Shown here: one piece after another, positions 21,471 through 33,988 of the stretch | Layout: each line of letters opens with the position of its first letter | Position numbering within the stretch: position 1 is the stretch's first letter | Assembly: GCA_965240325.2 (NCBI GenBank) | Contig: OZ251228.1 | Span: 1,860,001-1,924,000, forward strand | DNA from: Rebecca billardiae RCC1528 | Taxonomy: Eukaryota; Protista; Haptophyta | Direction: 5' to 3' | Length of the DNA: 64,000 bases | Translations under genes and position numbers: made by a program | The notes under the pieces: generated by a model | What the model saw: only the letters and a program-made list of their open reading frames with translations | Told to the model about the DNA's origin: nothing | Database searches by the model: none

Positions 21471-23303
21471 GGCCGAAAACGCTTCGCACGGCCGCCACAC
21501 GAGCTGCGCGGAGATGGAAGCCTCGCCCGACGCCAGCCGCTCCTGGGCGCGGAGCTCGTCGAGGCGCAGGCGCGCGGCGTCGAGCGCGGCCTCGGCGTGG
21601 GCGTGCGCGTGCCGCGCCTCCGCCTCGGCGTGCACGGCGCGCGCGCGCTCCTCCTCGTCCTCCACGCCGCCCGCGCCGCTGCCGCCGTGGCGCGTCGCCG
21701 CGCGGCCGCGGCGAGTTACGCCGCGCGCGCGGCGCGAGGCGCGCTCGGCCGCCGACGCGGTCCGTTGCTCGAGCTCGGCGGCGGCGGCGAGCTGCTCGGT
21801 CGCGAGCGCCGTCGCGTGCTGCAGCCGCAGCGCGCGTAGCGCCGCGTCGTACGAGCGCAGCTGCGACAGCTCGAGCACGCACGCGTCGAGCGACAGAAGC
21901 CCGCCGCCGGCGGCGGCGAGCGGCGGCGGCAGCGCGCCCGCGCTCGCCCACGCGGGTGTGGCGCGCGGCGTGGCGGGCGGGTCGACGCCGAAGAGCTCGC
22001 CGCCGAGCACGAGCATGTGCCGGCACGCCGAGCCGAGCACGACCGCCGCCGCCGCCTTGCGCCGCCCGGGCCCGGCCCAGCTCGCGCCCTGTGCGGCCGC
22101 AGCCGGGCCCAAGGCCGCGCCGCTTGCGCGTGCGGTGGCGCCCTCGGCGTCAGGCCGTGGCGCGTCGCCAAGTGCCGCCTCGGCGCCGGCCATCGCGTCG
22201 ACGAGCTCCCACACGCCGCCCGGCGCGGTGCGAGCGTCGCGCGCGGCGCGCGGCGCGTGCGCCGCCGGCGGCGACAGCCCGCTCGCCCTGCCCGCACCGC
22301 CCGCGCCGCCGCCGCCGCCGTGGCCACCGCCCGCGCCGCTGCCGGCCGGCGGCGGCGACGGGTGACGATTCAGCGGCGGCGAGATGGAGCGTGCGCCGCC
22401 TCGGCCGCTCGGGTCGTCGGCGGGCGCGCTGGGCGCGGCGTCGGCCGCGGCTTCCAGCGTGGTCACCGAGCACACGTGCACGTGCTTGCAGTCCACGGGC
22501 TCGGGCGCGGACGTGGCGGCGGCGGTCGCACCGCCGCCGCCGCCGCCCCCGCCACTGCCGCCGCCGCCGCCGCCGCCGCTGTCTGCGCCCGCGGCACGCG
22601 CGCGCCCGGGGCTGGGCGCGCGCTTGGGAAGCCCTTGCGCACCCTTCAGCGTGCCGCCGTTCCAATGCCTGCGCCGCGCCGGCGCCGGCGCGGTGCCGCC
22701 GAACGCGACGATGATGCGCGCGCTGCCGACGCCGAGCATAGCCACGAAAGGGGCGGCGGTGGGCGGTGGCGAGCCCGCGGCGTCGAGGCGGGCCCAGCCG
22801 TAGGGCGGGCCCGGGAGGAAGGCAGGCTGCGGCTCGGTCAGCCGCTTCACGCGCTCCGCCGCCGACGCCGCTGACGACGAGACCGGCGGCGGCGGCGGCG
22901 CCGAGTCCTTCCGCTCGGCGGCCGCGAGAGGCCGGAGCAGCGACGCGCTCACCGTTTGCGTAGGCACGCGGAGCGGGCCGGGGATCGGCGCGGTGCTCGG
23001 CCGCGCGGCGAGGCGGCCCACGTCGGGGTCCGCGAGCGCCGCGTTCACGTGCCGCTCGAAGTTGCGCGTGCGCATCGCGCGCGAGACGTGCTCGGCCAGC
23101 GCGATTGGCCCCTCGGGGGGCGGCCGCGGCAGCACCGTGCCGGAGGGCAGGACGAGCGGCTCGGCGGCGATGTCGAAGTGCGGGATGGGCGTGTGCTCGG
23201 GCGAGCGGCGGCGCGGGGGTGACGCCTTGGCGCGCGCGCGCGCGCTGCCGCCGCCGCCGCCCGGCGAGCCGGCCGCAGGCCCGCTCGGCTGCCCGGGCTC
23301 CAT
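13820..23303 (-). CDS. Very large multi-exon protein with Kelch-like, IPT/filamin-like segments and a helical C-terminus; introns 15604-15865, 14729-14890, 14177-14302
   Basis: Two long ORFs join in frame through a GT-AG intron (GAG CCA G|...|GC CTG TAC); Kelch-like LVLLHGG, LADLYCFD...WAEI, PAPRNGH; IPT-like VEPPCADVRGGIELIVHGVGF; filamin-like VIDNEDGSYAI. Confidence 0.7.
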
Positions 23304-23343
23304 CCCCCCCAATGATGGCACTTGCAGCAGCAGCAGACGTTAC

Positions 23344-24327
23344 TCAAATTGTGCGCAGGGCGCCAGGACCCACGGCCGGAGGTGAAAACAAACGGCCGCC
23401 AACGCTCTTCACGTCGGTCCGACGCGTCATGCACAGCCGTGTTCCGACGATGCACTCCCGACGACTCGCGACGCACAAACTGCGGGGGCCTGGCGGCCTT
23501 GTCCCGGTGGGGCTGGTCGAACACAGCGCGTCTAGGACGCGACGGAGAAGCTTGCCAGGGCCGGCAGACCCGACGACGATGGGACGAGTTGGCCGTTCAG
23601 CGCTGACCGTAAGTAACGGTATCATCCGGGCTGCCGCGTCTTCTGAGCGCGTCGCGCGTGCGATTAAGCCAGGCGCGGCAGCGCGGCACTCTTCTGCAAG
23701 GCCCACCGAGGCGCACGGCGAAGCGCGCGTCGATGCAGTCGTCGCTGCGCACGGCCGCTCGGGCACGACGGCACGGCAACGCAACCGACTAGTAGCACGG
23801 CGTAGACTCCTGCAGCCGTCGCTGAGCACGGCCCGTCGGGCACGACGTGGTACGAGCGGCTCGCGTCGGTGTGCATGTTGTGTCGTGCAGCTCGCGCCGG
23901 CGGGCACGCACCTCCGCGATGGCGCCGCGAGCCGCGGGCGGCGCGGGTGACGGCTCGAAGGCCGCGCCCGTTGATGACGAGCCAGGGAGAGTAATAGTCG
24001 GGCAAGTCGGCGAGCGGGTGGCTTATGGTAGGCTTGTGGTACAAGCTTCTCCATGAGGCCGTTCGTGCACGTCATCTGATGCAGCTGCGGCTGCTTGATC
24101 GCCGCCACGTGCCGCTGGATCTCCGCCAGATCGGCGCAGTTCCTCGCGACGCCGACGATGGCATCTGGCGCTGGGTTCGGCGGAGGCCCGCGGAGCTGAT
24201 CCTCGTCGCGCACGTGTGTGCGAGCGCGAGTGCCGGCAGCGTCGTCGAGCCACGCCGGCGGAGCGCCAATCTGCGTGTCGCGCGCGGCCTTCGCCGCCTG
24301 CAGCAGCGCGCTGAGCTCGTTCGTCAT
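23344..24327 (-). CDS. Hypothetical protein or pseudogene
   Basis: Protein-like start MTNELSALLQAAKAARD...; plausible coding signal shifts frame near 24030; no domain recognised. Confidence 0.25.
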   Translation of the reverse strand: MTNELSALLQAAKAARDTQIGAPPAWLDDAAGTRARTHVRDEDQLRGPPPNPAPDAIVGVARNCADLAEIQRHVAAIKQPQLHQMTCTNGLMEKLVPQAYHKPPARRLARLLLSLARHQRARPSSRHPRRPRLAAPSRRCVPAGASCTTQHAHRREPLVPRRARRAVLSDGCRSLRRATSRLRCRAVVPERPCAATTASTRASPCASVGLAEECRAAAPGLIARATRSEDAAARMIPLLTVSAERPTRPIVVGSAGPGKLLRRVLDALCSTSPTGTRPPGPRSLCVASRRECIVGTRLCMTRRTDVKSVGGRLFSPPAVGPGALRTI

Positions 24328-24763
24328 ACTCAATCGTGTGTGCCGAGCGCACGCGGCGCGGCGGCGAAGCACTCTCAATGTGGAAGGGATGGTCGCGTAG
24401 AAAAGCGTCAACAAATAGGTGAGAATCGCAACGACGTCCCTATGAGGCGCGCTCAAAAAGGTAACGACATGCGTTCTCGATTCCCAAGGCGTGCCTAATC
24501 AAAAAACGTTTGAGGCCCAGTTGTTCGTATTCCTACTCCGGTATTACTTTCCTCAGCAGTATTGGACACACAATTAAAGGGGGTCGGAGCTGGGTCTCCC
24601 AGAGCTTTGAATAGAATTAAAATTCCTTAAAGCTGTGTTCACCAGAATTATGTATATATATGTGTCATGTCGTGTGATGGTGTGGGTGCGTGTCAGTCGG
24701 TACGTGCACGTTACTCATGTGACAGGTCTACATGACAGACATGTGTGCCGTGTGTGCTGTGTT

Positions 24764-24775
24764 TGTGTGTGTGTG

Positions 24776-24822
<47 letters not shown>
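24764..24822. repeat. (TG)n microsatellite
   Basis: Direct reading. Confidence 0.95.
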
Positions 24823-24824
<2 letters not shown>

Positions 24825-24897
24825 ATATTGCGCTGATCGCTAGCAGATGATATGAAAGTATATACGTATCGTCGTCTTATATCTCAGAGTAATATAA

Positions 24898-26141
24898 TGG
24901 CCCGCGGTGCAGGGCGGAGCGCGCAGCGTGGAGCCCGCACCAGCGGGCCCGAACCACGTTTCAAAAAGATCTTTGATCAAGAAAAAAGGGACGGGGGCGG
25001 ATTTTTAGGGCTGGCGGAGACCGAGTTTCGAGTTTTTGAGATCGCATAGAGAGTTCTATTAGGCCGAAAAACACCGCGTCCACGATATTCCCTAAGTAAA
25101 GTGCGATCTGGACGTCAGCCGGACGTGACTTTAACGTAACGGTTCGTTACGAGCGAATCGTATTCGTCGTCCCGGATCCGGCGTGACGTCCGGACTGGGC
25201 CACATCCGGATCGTCGGAGGTGACGTGCCCCGGCACGATGGCGGATGCGGGACGGCGCCTGCACGTGCCTCCGGACCCGCCTCCCGCTTGCTGCTCACGC
25301 AGTCAGCTGCGACCGTGGCGCATGATCGCAGAAGCAGTGCCGGCAGTACGGCCTGCATCAGCTAGTGCCGCGCCGTCGTGGTCGCGCGCGCGGTAGTTGC
25401 GCGTTTGCAGCGCTCGCCGCTCGGCGACGGCACGCGCGTGCGGCTCAGGTGTGTCAAATGCGGTCTCGTCGGCGCGCTTTCGCCTGCCACCTCGTGCACC
25501 CGTGCCGCCAGTTTCATCGTCTTCATGAGGACTGCTGTTGCTGTCGCCATCCGCTCTCCATCACCCCGAGTTGCGCGGCGCGCGCGGTAGGCAGGGCGTA
25601 CGGTCACTCACCCGTGCAACGGGTCAAGTGGCCAGAGTACGTCTGGTCGTTGGCTGGCACGGGCCGCAGCGCTAAAGCACCCTGCTGTCACACCCGACTC
25701 CTTCAGTGGCTCCGAGCTCCGCGGCACGACTCACTCGGCACGATCACGGACGGGTCGGAGTCCGAGCTGATCAGCCAGAGTTGGACAGTTTGGCAGCTAC
25801 TAGTAGTAATTCCGATGCCGATGGCACGATCGCGGACGGGTCGGATCCGAGCTGATCAGCCAGTTGGACATTTGGCAGCTAGTTGTCAGACGGACGTCCG
25901 ATTTGACGGCCGGTGCCGGGTGCGGTCTCTGAGGTCCGCTGCTGTGATTGTGTGAAGTGTGCCAATGACTTGAGTCTCGCGGTCGCGCAGGCAGGGCGAC
26001 GGTCGGACTAATAGCTTCAGTCATCTCAGAACCGACTTCAACTGGCGAACTGCCACTACGGCGGAGAGCCGCGATTGCACGGCCACCGCGGGCCCCCAAC
26101 TGCGTTGATTCTATGCAGAAAAGGACCGCGGAACGCGGTCA
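24898..26141 (+). mobile_element. Non-autonomous Helitron2/Helentron-like element A (1.24 kb)
   Basis: 5' TGGCCCGCGGTGCA; subterminal inverted copy CACCGCGGGCC at 26084-26094; terminal hairpin GACCGCG-GAA-CGCGGTC at 26124-26140; flanked by A and T. Confidence 0.7.
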
Positions 26142-26193
26142 TATGATACGTACGTATCATATCGGCGGCTTATATCGCGCGCTATTATTAGCG

Positions 26194-26261
<68 letters not shown>
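26194..26261. repeat. (TA)n microsatellite
   Basis: Direct reading. Confidence 0.95.
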
Positions 26262-26265
<4 letters not shown>

Positions 26266-26333
26266 TTACTGATAGCGTAGTGACGATGATACTACGACGC
26301 TTCTGAGTATTACTATCTAGCCGTACTTAATAA

Positions 26334-28165
26334 TGGCCCGCGGTGCAGGGCGGAGCGCGCAGCGTGGAGCCCGCTCCGTGGGCCCTAACCACGTCTCAAA
26401 AAGATCTTTGATCAAGAAAAAAGGGACGGGGGACGATTTTCAGGGCTGGAGGAGACCGAGTTTCGAATTTTGAGACCCTCTCTAGACACGCATTACGGAG
26501 AAAAGGACGCGAACACGACAAGTTCATAGTAAAGCGTGGAGTGACGCCCGTCCTGCGTCCAAAAAACTTCACGCCCTTTAGGATCCCTAACGTAACGAAC
26601 CGTTACAAGCGATTTTTTCGGCCAATGAGATTCAAGGAGCGACGACGTTTGATGATCAAATGTTGATCGCGCAACCACAACGCAATGATCTTCATACTAT
26701 CTCCCTTGATGAATACTGGATTCGGCCCTCTGAGCTCTGGAGTCGCCTCGCCGCCTCGGCCACCGGCAGCCGACGTTGAAGCGAACGGAGGCTGAGCGGC
26801 GGCCCGCTGCGGCAGCGCACGATCGTTCAATCCGACGGACTCAGCGCAGGTGCGCGCGGCTGCGGCGGGTATCCCGACGGTCGTCGGCGTCGCTTTCGTG
26901 CCCGCTCACCCCGCGCGCCCCGCCCTGCCGATCCCTCTTCGGCCCAGTCAGTGCGGTTTCCAACCGAGCACGACCGCGCGGACACGAATCGATGTCGACG
27001 CTCGCGCGCGGAGAGCAGTCGGCGACGGTACGAGGAGGAGACCGCGGGGCATCCTAACGCGTGAATCCAGGCCTACTCCGCAGGCGACAGCAGCATCGGG
27101 TGTCCCTCGAGTTCATCATGTTATTGACTGCGCAGCCGTGAGCTGACTCACCGGTGAAGAAGCCGTCGAGTAGCTTACTCATCGGACGATGCTCCTCGTG
27201 TGTGATATTCTGGGTGCGAATGCGCGTGGCGCGTGGGGGCGAGGCGAGTTTCTCGCTGTGTTTCCAGCTGACCATGCGCGCGCCCGCGCGCGCCACGCCG
27301 CACGCCGCGCAGCTGAACTCTCGGCATGTTCAAGCGCGGGCGGTCGCGAGGACGTCGGCGGTTCCGCCAGCCGCGTCTGTCTTGCCAAGCCTGATCTGCA
27401 GCCGCGGCCAGCCTTCTGCCTGATCCAGTCGGCGTGGTGCGAGCGGGTAGTCTTGGACGTTTTGTCGGGATGTGGAGCAGCCACCACAGCCATCTCGCTC
27501 GCCCAAGCCCTCGCTCGCGCCGTCCATGGCCGAGCTGTGATTGATGGCTCATCCACGTGCGGCAGCGTGCTGACTGACTGACTGACTGAAGCCTGCCTGG
27601 AGCCTCTGGCTGCACATGATGCAGCGGCGCGGCAAGCAGCGCGCGCACGAGATCTGCGGGCGACGAGACTGGGCGAGTCCGAGTCGCAGCACGAGCTGGA
27701 CCACGCGCACATCTATTTTGCTCTCGTCCGCCGCATCCGAGCTGTCTCGAGTCTGTCGACGGCTTGACTGGCGCATGGGCGGGCGCGTTTGGCACGCGAG
27801 CTCGGACTGCTCGGAGCTCGGACTGCGCGCTGACCGTGAGCGGCGGCTCTCACTCACTCAGTGACTGAGAGCCAGCTCTGGCGCTGATGGGCACGACGGA
27901 TGCCTGACTGCCTGACACGAGAGCCACAGGCTGATCTGCGAGCAGGCGAGTCCGCGCGACGATGGCGAGGTAGTTAGTGGCATAGCTTGATGCGACTGGC
28001 CGACTGGGCACTGGCCGGGGCGACGCTGTGTCCGTGGTGGTCGGACGGAGCGGGTGGCACACCGCACAGACTGTCAGACGGCCGGCACAGACAGATACTC
28101 TGCATCGCGGGCCCCCAACTACGTTGGTTCTGACGGAAGAGGTGACCGGGCGGCCAACGCGGTCA
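26334..28165 (+). mobile_element. Helitron2/Helentron-like element B (1.83 kb, different internal sequence)
   Basis: Same 5' end; TGCATCGCGGGCC at 28101-28113; degenerate hairpin ending AACGCGGTCA|T. Confidence 0.65.
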
Positions 28166-28263
28166 TATACTTTAATAGGCTGCTTCGTCATCATCTACAA
28201 TATGGCCGCCCGCGAATGCATGCGCGGGCCGACGCTGCATGACAGCGTCGAGCATGACGTCGA

Positions 28264-29634
28264 CTACCGGACCCTCCTGGCCATCACCACAGGTATGACA
28301 GTCTGTGGTTGCTGGCGTCGTGCTCCCGCCACCATCGTCGATGATAATGAAGGTAGAGCTGGCGCAGCAGTGGTGTTGATGCTTGCTGGTAGTCCCTCCG
28401 GGTCGTTCTCGTAGATGCCATGGGCAGCCCGGACTGCATCATTTGCATTGCCACGCTGATGCCGCTCGTGCAGGCCCAGGGCACCATCATTGACAACCCC
28501 GTCGTCAACCGAATGGATTGTGCCATCTTGCGAGCGCCAGCGGACGATGCTGACAGCAACCAGCGGCGGCGGTGGGGAAAGCTGCGGCGCGGCGTCCGAA
28601 ACAGCGGCAACGCAGCTGGTCGGTTTGTGCCGTCGCTTTGCGGTGCGCGTGCCCTGGTCGCCGGTGCCATGCTCCAGCCTGCGCTTGGGGACGGCGAGCC
28701 GACTATCAACCATGCCGGCCAGCTTGTGCGTGGCGCACCGGCTGGCGCGCGCGTCACCCGGCATGCCAAACGAAGGCCCCTTGGTGCAGCCGGTGTGATC
28801 ACACGTGGGGCTCACCACGTTGACCATGCCGGCCAGCTTGTGCGTGGCGCACCAGCTGGCGCGCGCGTCGCCCGGCATGCCACACGAAGGCCACTTGCTG
28901 CAGCCGGTGTGATCACACTTGGGGTGCTTCACGTCGACCATGCCGGCCAGCTTGTGCGTGGCGCACCGGCTGGCGCGCGCGTCGCCCGGCATGCCGAACG
29001 AAGGCCGTGTAGTGCAGCCCGCATGCCCACACTTGGGGTGCTTCAGGTCGACCATGCCGGCCAGCTTGTGCGTAGCGCACCGGCTGGCGCGCGCGTCGCC
29101 CGGCATGCCGAACGAAGGCCCCTTGGTGCAGCCGGTGTGATCACACGTGGGGCTCCTCACGTCCACCATGCCGGCCAGCTTGTGCGTAGTGCACCGGCTG
29201 GCGCGCGCGTCGCCCGGCATGCCGAACGAAGGCTGCTTGGTGCAGCCCGCGTGATCACACTTGGGGTTCTTGATGTCGACCATGCCGGCCAGCTTGTGCG
29301 TAGCGCACCGGCTGGCGCGCGCGTCGCCCGGCATGCCGAAGTGAGGCCGCGTGGTGCAGCCCGCGTGATCACACTTGGGGTTCTTGATGTCGACCATGCC
29401 GGCCAGCTTGTGCGTAGCGCACCGGCTGGCGCGCGCGTCACCCGGCATGCCAAACGAAGGCCCCTTGGTGCAGCCGGTGTGATCACACGTGGGGCTCACC
29501 ACGTTGACCATGCCGGCCAGCTTGTGCGTGGCGCACCAGCTGGCGCGCGCGTCGCCCGGCATGCCACACGAAGGCCACTTGCTGCAGCCGGTGTGATCAC
29601 ACTTGGGGTGCTTCACGTCGACCATGCCGGCCAC
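28264..29634 (-). CDS. EsV-1-7-type repeat protein, copy 2 (8 repeats)
   Basis: Eight 38-aa Cys3His units; tail homologous to copy 1 (PKRRLEHGTGDQGTRTAKRR). Confidence 0.85.
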   Translation of the reverse strand: MAGMVDVKHPKCDHTGCSKWPSCGMPGDARASWCATHKLAGMVNVVSPTCDHTGCTKGPSFGMPGDARASRCATHKLAGMVDIKNPKCDHAGCTTRPHFGMPGDARASRCATHKLAGMVDIKNPKCDHAGCTKQPSFGMPGDARASRCTTHKLAGMVDVRSPTCDHTGCTKGPSFGMPGDARASRCATHKLAGMVDLKHPKCGHAGCTTRPSFGMPGDARASRCATHKLAGMVDVKHPKCDHTGCSKWPSCGMPGDARASWCATHKLAGMVNVVSPTCDHTGCTKGPSFGMPGDARASRCATHKLAGMVDSRLAVPKRRLEHGTGDQGTRTAKRRHKPTSCVAAVSDAAPQLSPPPPLVAVSIVRWRSQDGTIHSVDDGVVNDGALGLHERHQRGNANDAVRAAHGIYENDPEGLPASINTTAAPALPSLSSTMVAGARRQQPQTVIPVVMARRVR

Positions 29635-29755
29635 AAGGGAGGTCCTTGCCGGCCAGCTTGTGCGCAGCGCACCGGCTGGCGCACGCGTCGCCTAGGTAAT
29701 GACGATCGACGATTCTCGATACAGTATGATGGCGGCCGTTTGCCCCGCATGACTG

Positions 29756-31357
29756 ATGTCGCGGCATCAGGGAGCACTGCTGCTCTCGCGTCCGTACCGC
29801 GTGCATGGCTGCGTGCGTCGTGTATGCCGGCGAGACTTCTGCACGCGAGACACCCCGCCGCCGCCGCCCGCTCCACCTGGCCTGACGTACCGCCCGTTCC
29901 AGCTCAGGGGCATTGACTTCATGGCGCGCGCAAGGCACTCGATCCTGGCCGACGAGATGGGCCTGGGCAAGACGGTGCAGGTGATTGGGCTCGTCAACCG
30001 GCTGGCTGACTCGGCGCCGCGCCCTCTCACCGTGCTCATCGTCTGCCCGAAGAGCCTCGTGCGCATGTGGGCCGATGAGCTCGAGCGCTGGCTCGTGAAG
30101 CCAATCCCGATCTCGCTCGGCGCGCCAAAGGAGGTGGTGCTCCCGAGCAGAGGCGAAGGCGGCGGTGTGCTGGTGTTGAACTACGACATCGTGTGGAAGC
30201 ACCGTGCCACGCTCGGCTCGGACACGCTCGACGTGCTCGTGTGCGACGAGGCGCACTTCCTCAAGAACCCGCGCGCGAAGCGCACCAAGGCGGTGCTGGG
30301 CGAGACCGACCCGTTCGGCGAGGGCGCGGAGCACTTGTGGGGCGTGCAATCCCGGGGCGTGCAATCCCGGCACTCCGTCTTCCTCACCGGCTCGCCCATC
30401 CTCAACCGGCCGATCGAGCTCTACCCTCTCGTGCGCTCGACCGACCCGGAGGGCGTGCACGTGCCTCACGCGCGCTCGCACAAGGAGTTTGGCATGTTCT
30501 ACTGTGCTGGCCAGCAGACGCGCTGGGGGATGATGTACAAAGGGGTGACGAACGCGCACATCCTGCGCAAGGGGCTGAGTGGGATCATGCTGCGTCGGCG
30601 TAAGGAGGACGTGCTCACGGAGCTACCCGCGAAGCAGTACCAGGTGCTCACGGTGACCGACGCTGCGGCGAAGCGCGCCGAGCGCTCGTGCCTCGCCACC
30701 GAGAGCACGCGCCCGCGCCTGCCGCCAGTGCCAAGCGCATCGAGCGCGCTGAGCGCCGAGGTGCTGCGCGAGTACTTGGGCGGCGTGTCGCGAGCGTACG
30801 GCGTCGAGGCGATCTTCCGGATGCGCAAGGCCGTGGCGTTGCACAAAGCGAAGCACGCCGTCGATCTGCTGCGCGAGGCCGAGCACAAGGTGGTCGCGTT
30901 CGCCCACCACCACGAGCTGATCGACGAGCTCATGCGCGCGCTGGAGAGTCATGGGATCCGCGCAGTCCGGCTGGACGGCCGCATGGGGCACGAGGAGAGG
31001 GCGGCGTCTGTGCGTCGCTTCCAGCAGGATCCCGAGGTCGGCGTCTTCATCGGCTCGATCAGGGCGGCCGGGCAGGGCATCACGCTCACGGCCGCGTCGC
31101 ACGTGCTCTTTGTCGAGTTTGACTGGTCGCCCGAGGTGATGCGGCAGGCGGAGGACCGGTGCCATCGGATCGGCCAGACCGAGTCGGTGCTCGTCCAGTA
31201 CCTCAGCATCGCGAGTACGGTCGACTCTGTATTCGCTCGTATGCTGGTCAAGAAGGAAGAACTCATCGAGCAAGTGCTGGGACCGAGGACGGTGGCGGGT
31301 GGGCGTGACAGACCTCTCGAGTCTCCTCCGTCGTCGGATTCATCGGAACATCGGTGA
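29756..31357 (+). CDS. SNF2-family helicase/translocase, SMARCAL1/ZRANB3-like
   Basis: ILADEMGLGKT, LIVCPKSL, DEAH, LTGSPILN, MLRRRKEDV, RLDG, GITLTAAS, QAEDRCHRIGQ. Confidence 0.92.
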   Translation: MSRHQGALLLSRPYRVHGCVRRVCRRDFCTRDTPPPPPAPPGLTYRPFQLRGIDFMARARHSILADEMGLGKTVQVIGLVNRLADSAPRPLTVLIVCPKSLVRMWADELERWLVKPIPISLGAPKEVVLPSRGEGGGVLVLNYDIVWKHRATLGSDTLDVLVCDEAHFLKNPRAKRTKAVLGETDPFGEGAEHLWGVQSRGVQSRHSVFLTGSPILNRPIELYPLVRSTDPEGVHVPHARSHKEFGMFYCAGQQTRWGMMYKGVTNAHILRKGLSGIMLRRRKEDVLTELPAKQYQVLTVTDAAAKRAERSCLATESTRPRLPPVPSASSALSAEVLREYLGGVSRAYGVEAIFRMRKAVALHKAKHAVDLLREAEHKVVAFAHHHELIDELMRALESHGIRAVRLDGRMGHEERAASVRRFQQDPEVGVFIGSIRAAGQGITLTAASHVLFVEFDWSPEVMRQAEDRCHRIGQTESVLVQYLSIASTVDSVFARMLVKKEELIEQVLGPRTVAGGRDRPLESPPSSDSSEHR

Positions 31358-31666
31358 TCGGATGATCGGTCCGACGATGATACCGTCGAATGAATATTCA
31401 CCGATCACCGGGGCCGATGAGTGAGTGATATGATACCATTAACACGTGTTAGCGTCTCTGACGTCGTCTGAAAGTCTGACAACAGACGCGGAGGCTCAGC
31501 AGAGATGATTATTCCAAGGCTGCCAGGGAGGACGGAGGAACAGCAATCGGCGCGCATCATCAGTGGAAATGCCGAAAATTAATGCGTGCGCCGCGGCGGC
31601 GGAGTTTCATTTCTGACATGCATTTCTCCACGGCCGGCATTTCTTTTGCGGCGTCGCCATCGCCTC

Positions 31667-33988
31667 GACTTCAGCCGGTTACCACATTAAGCCGAATCCC
31701 GCCACCACATTAAAGCCTTATTAATGTGGCAGCCGGTTGACCACTGCCACATTAAGGATCCCGCCACCACATCGCGGCGACGGCCGCCGTGCGTGGAGGA
31801 AAACGCGGCGGTGGGGCGGCGATCGAGGGGCGACACGCTATGCAGCGCGTGTTCGAAGCGTTAGCGAGCGTGCGTACCAGCCTGACCACACAGGGCAGCT
31901 CGCAGGACTCACAGGCCGCGCTGCACAACTCTGGGCGGCGCGGCGGCGCGGCGGCGCAGCGCACGCTGATCGCCCGCTGCCACAGCGGCCGCGCGCGGGG
32001 GCGTCGGTGCTGCGGCGAAGGCCGAGGATGTCGAGGAAGAGGTGGTGGTGGGAGGGAAGAGGTGGCGGTGGGGCGACGATCGACGGGTGACACGCGACGC
32101 AGCGCGGGAGCGCGGGTTCCAAGGTTCCGCGAGCGTGCGCGCCAGCCTGACCACCCCAGGTGATCCCAGGACTCACAACCCTGGGCGGCGCGGCTGCGGT
32201 GGTGGCGGGAGGCCTGGCGGCTACTCCCGAGGGACTGGTTGCACCCAGCTTTGGGGACTTGTCCGACTCCTGTGACGGCAGACGCTCAGACGGTAGAACG
32301 GTAGAGGTCACGCTGCATGAGGACGAGAGCGCTTGAGCGCATGCTCGGCCACTGCTTTGACATCCCAAAATCTCGACCGGGGTGGCTCCAGGCTGAGTCA
32401 TCCCGTGTGCGAGCATGCGGGGCAGTCGCACGGGTCGTCAATTGCGGGCCACTGATTGGCACCCGGTCCGATGAGCAGCGGAGCAACAGAGGCCAGCACA
32501 TGTCCAGCGAGGGCTACCTGACCGAAGGCCGCGAGCGCGCCGCAGTGCGCCGTGCGCCGTCCAAGGTCGACAATACAATGGCAAGGCCCCGGCGGACGGT
32601 GCTCGCGGATCGTGCGCGCCGCCGACGGACACGCAAGTGCGCAACCATCCGCGCCTGTCATACGCACGCGCAATGATGTCAAGGTGCCGAAGGCCGCGGA
32701 GCGCGCAAGTGCTCGTCGACGCCCGCACGTTTCTCTGCAGAGGAACAGTGACTTAGGAACAGCTCAGCCGATGGTATGCCGCTGCCGGCCGCCCATGTGG
32801 TGCTACGCGTGACGCAACCCATGTGGTGTAGCATCACCGTATTGTAGCAAGCCTCGCGCGCTACCGAAGACGACTTTGATATGCTGGTTACTACTGGGGA
32901 AGTCGGCGGCGAGCCCGCCGGAGCGGCCGTCGGTGCTCCCGCTGCAGACGCATGCGCTCGTGCGCTCGAGGTGGCGTTCGTCGTACAGCGAGGTGAACTG
33001 CGAATGCGTCGTCGGGCTCGCGCCCCCGGCGCGCGTGTAGCTCTCCATAGCGCCCAGCCAGGCGATAAGCGCGGTGGATGGCGCGGAGGTGTCGCTCCTG
33101 CGCTCCACTGTGCACACGAGCTGACGCAGCAGTCCCTGGAGCGCGTGAGCGAGCGCGTGCGCGCGGAGGTGGTCGAGGCGAGCGTCGAGCGCGTGGCGGT
33201 GCAGGTGCAGCCGCTGAACAAGCAACTACTCGCGGCGCACGCGGACGCGTGGCGCAAGGAGGAACCGCTCGAGCTGCTGAAGGGCACTCTGAGCGCGCTC
33301 AAGGCTGAGCTCGAGCGCAAGTTGCAGCTGAGCGCAGGCGTGCGCGTGCAGACGCGCGTGCGGGGCCATGCTGCGCAGACGCAGCGCTGCAGCCAACATG
33401 AAGCCTGCCTGGAACTGACCTCCATCACGCACTCTTGCGCGCGCCCTTCAACGCATCGACAAGGGCCTTGGCCACGGGTCTGACGGAGCACTCTCGCACG
33501 GTGGCCTGCTCAATGCCATGTATGCCAGCAGCGCGCTTCGCACGCTGGCCGTCAGCGGCGAGCCAGGCGAGATCATCTGCCGAGTGCTCGAGGTGTCCCT
33601 GCTTGAACTGCTTTCCCTTCGCGAGCAGCACGTACTTCACCGCGAGCACGGCGCGCACGCGCCGCCGCGCTACTTCTTGTCGGGCGCGGGCTCGCCAGCC
33701 TCACCGAGGAACTCGAAGTGCTTCCCGACGCCCGGCGCCACTGCCTCCACCGGCCAGTGCACTACTGCGTCGAGCAAAGGGCGACTGAACAGGCCAGCGC
33801 GGTTCAGGACGTTTGCGACCGAGCCGAAGACCATCGGCGCACGCTCCGTGCGTGGCGTGGTCGGCGGCCGTGCGCGCGTTGGCGCGGATCCTTAATGTGG
33901 CAGCCGGTCGCCTTAATGTGGCAGCCGGTCGCGGGGCCCTTAATGTGGCAGGTGGTCAAGGCTTTTAATGTGGCAACCGGATGAAGCC
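31667..33988. mobile_element. Pack-MULE-like non-autonomous element (2.3 kb)
   Basis: TIR GACTTCAGCCGGTTACCACATTAA / TTAATGTGGCAACCGGATGAAGCC; 9-bp TSD CATCGCCTC at 31658-31666 and 33989-33997; subterminal CCACATTAA repeats. Confidence 0.8.

Noticed and set aside
28710-29630. Regular 114-bp repeats as a CRISPR-like array
   Set aside because: Units are in-frame coding repeats without unique spacers, and no cas genes are present
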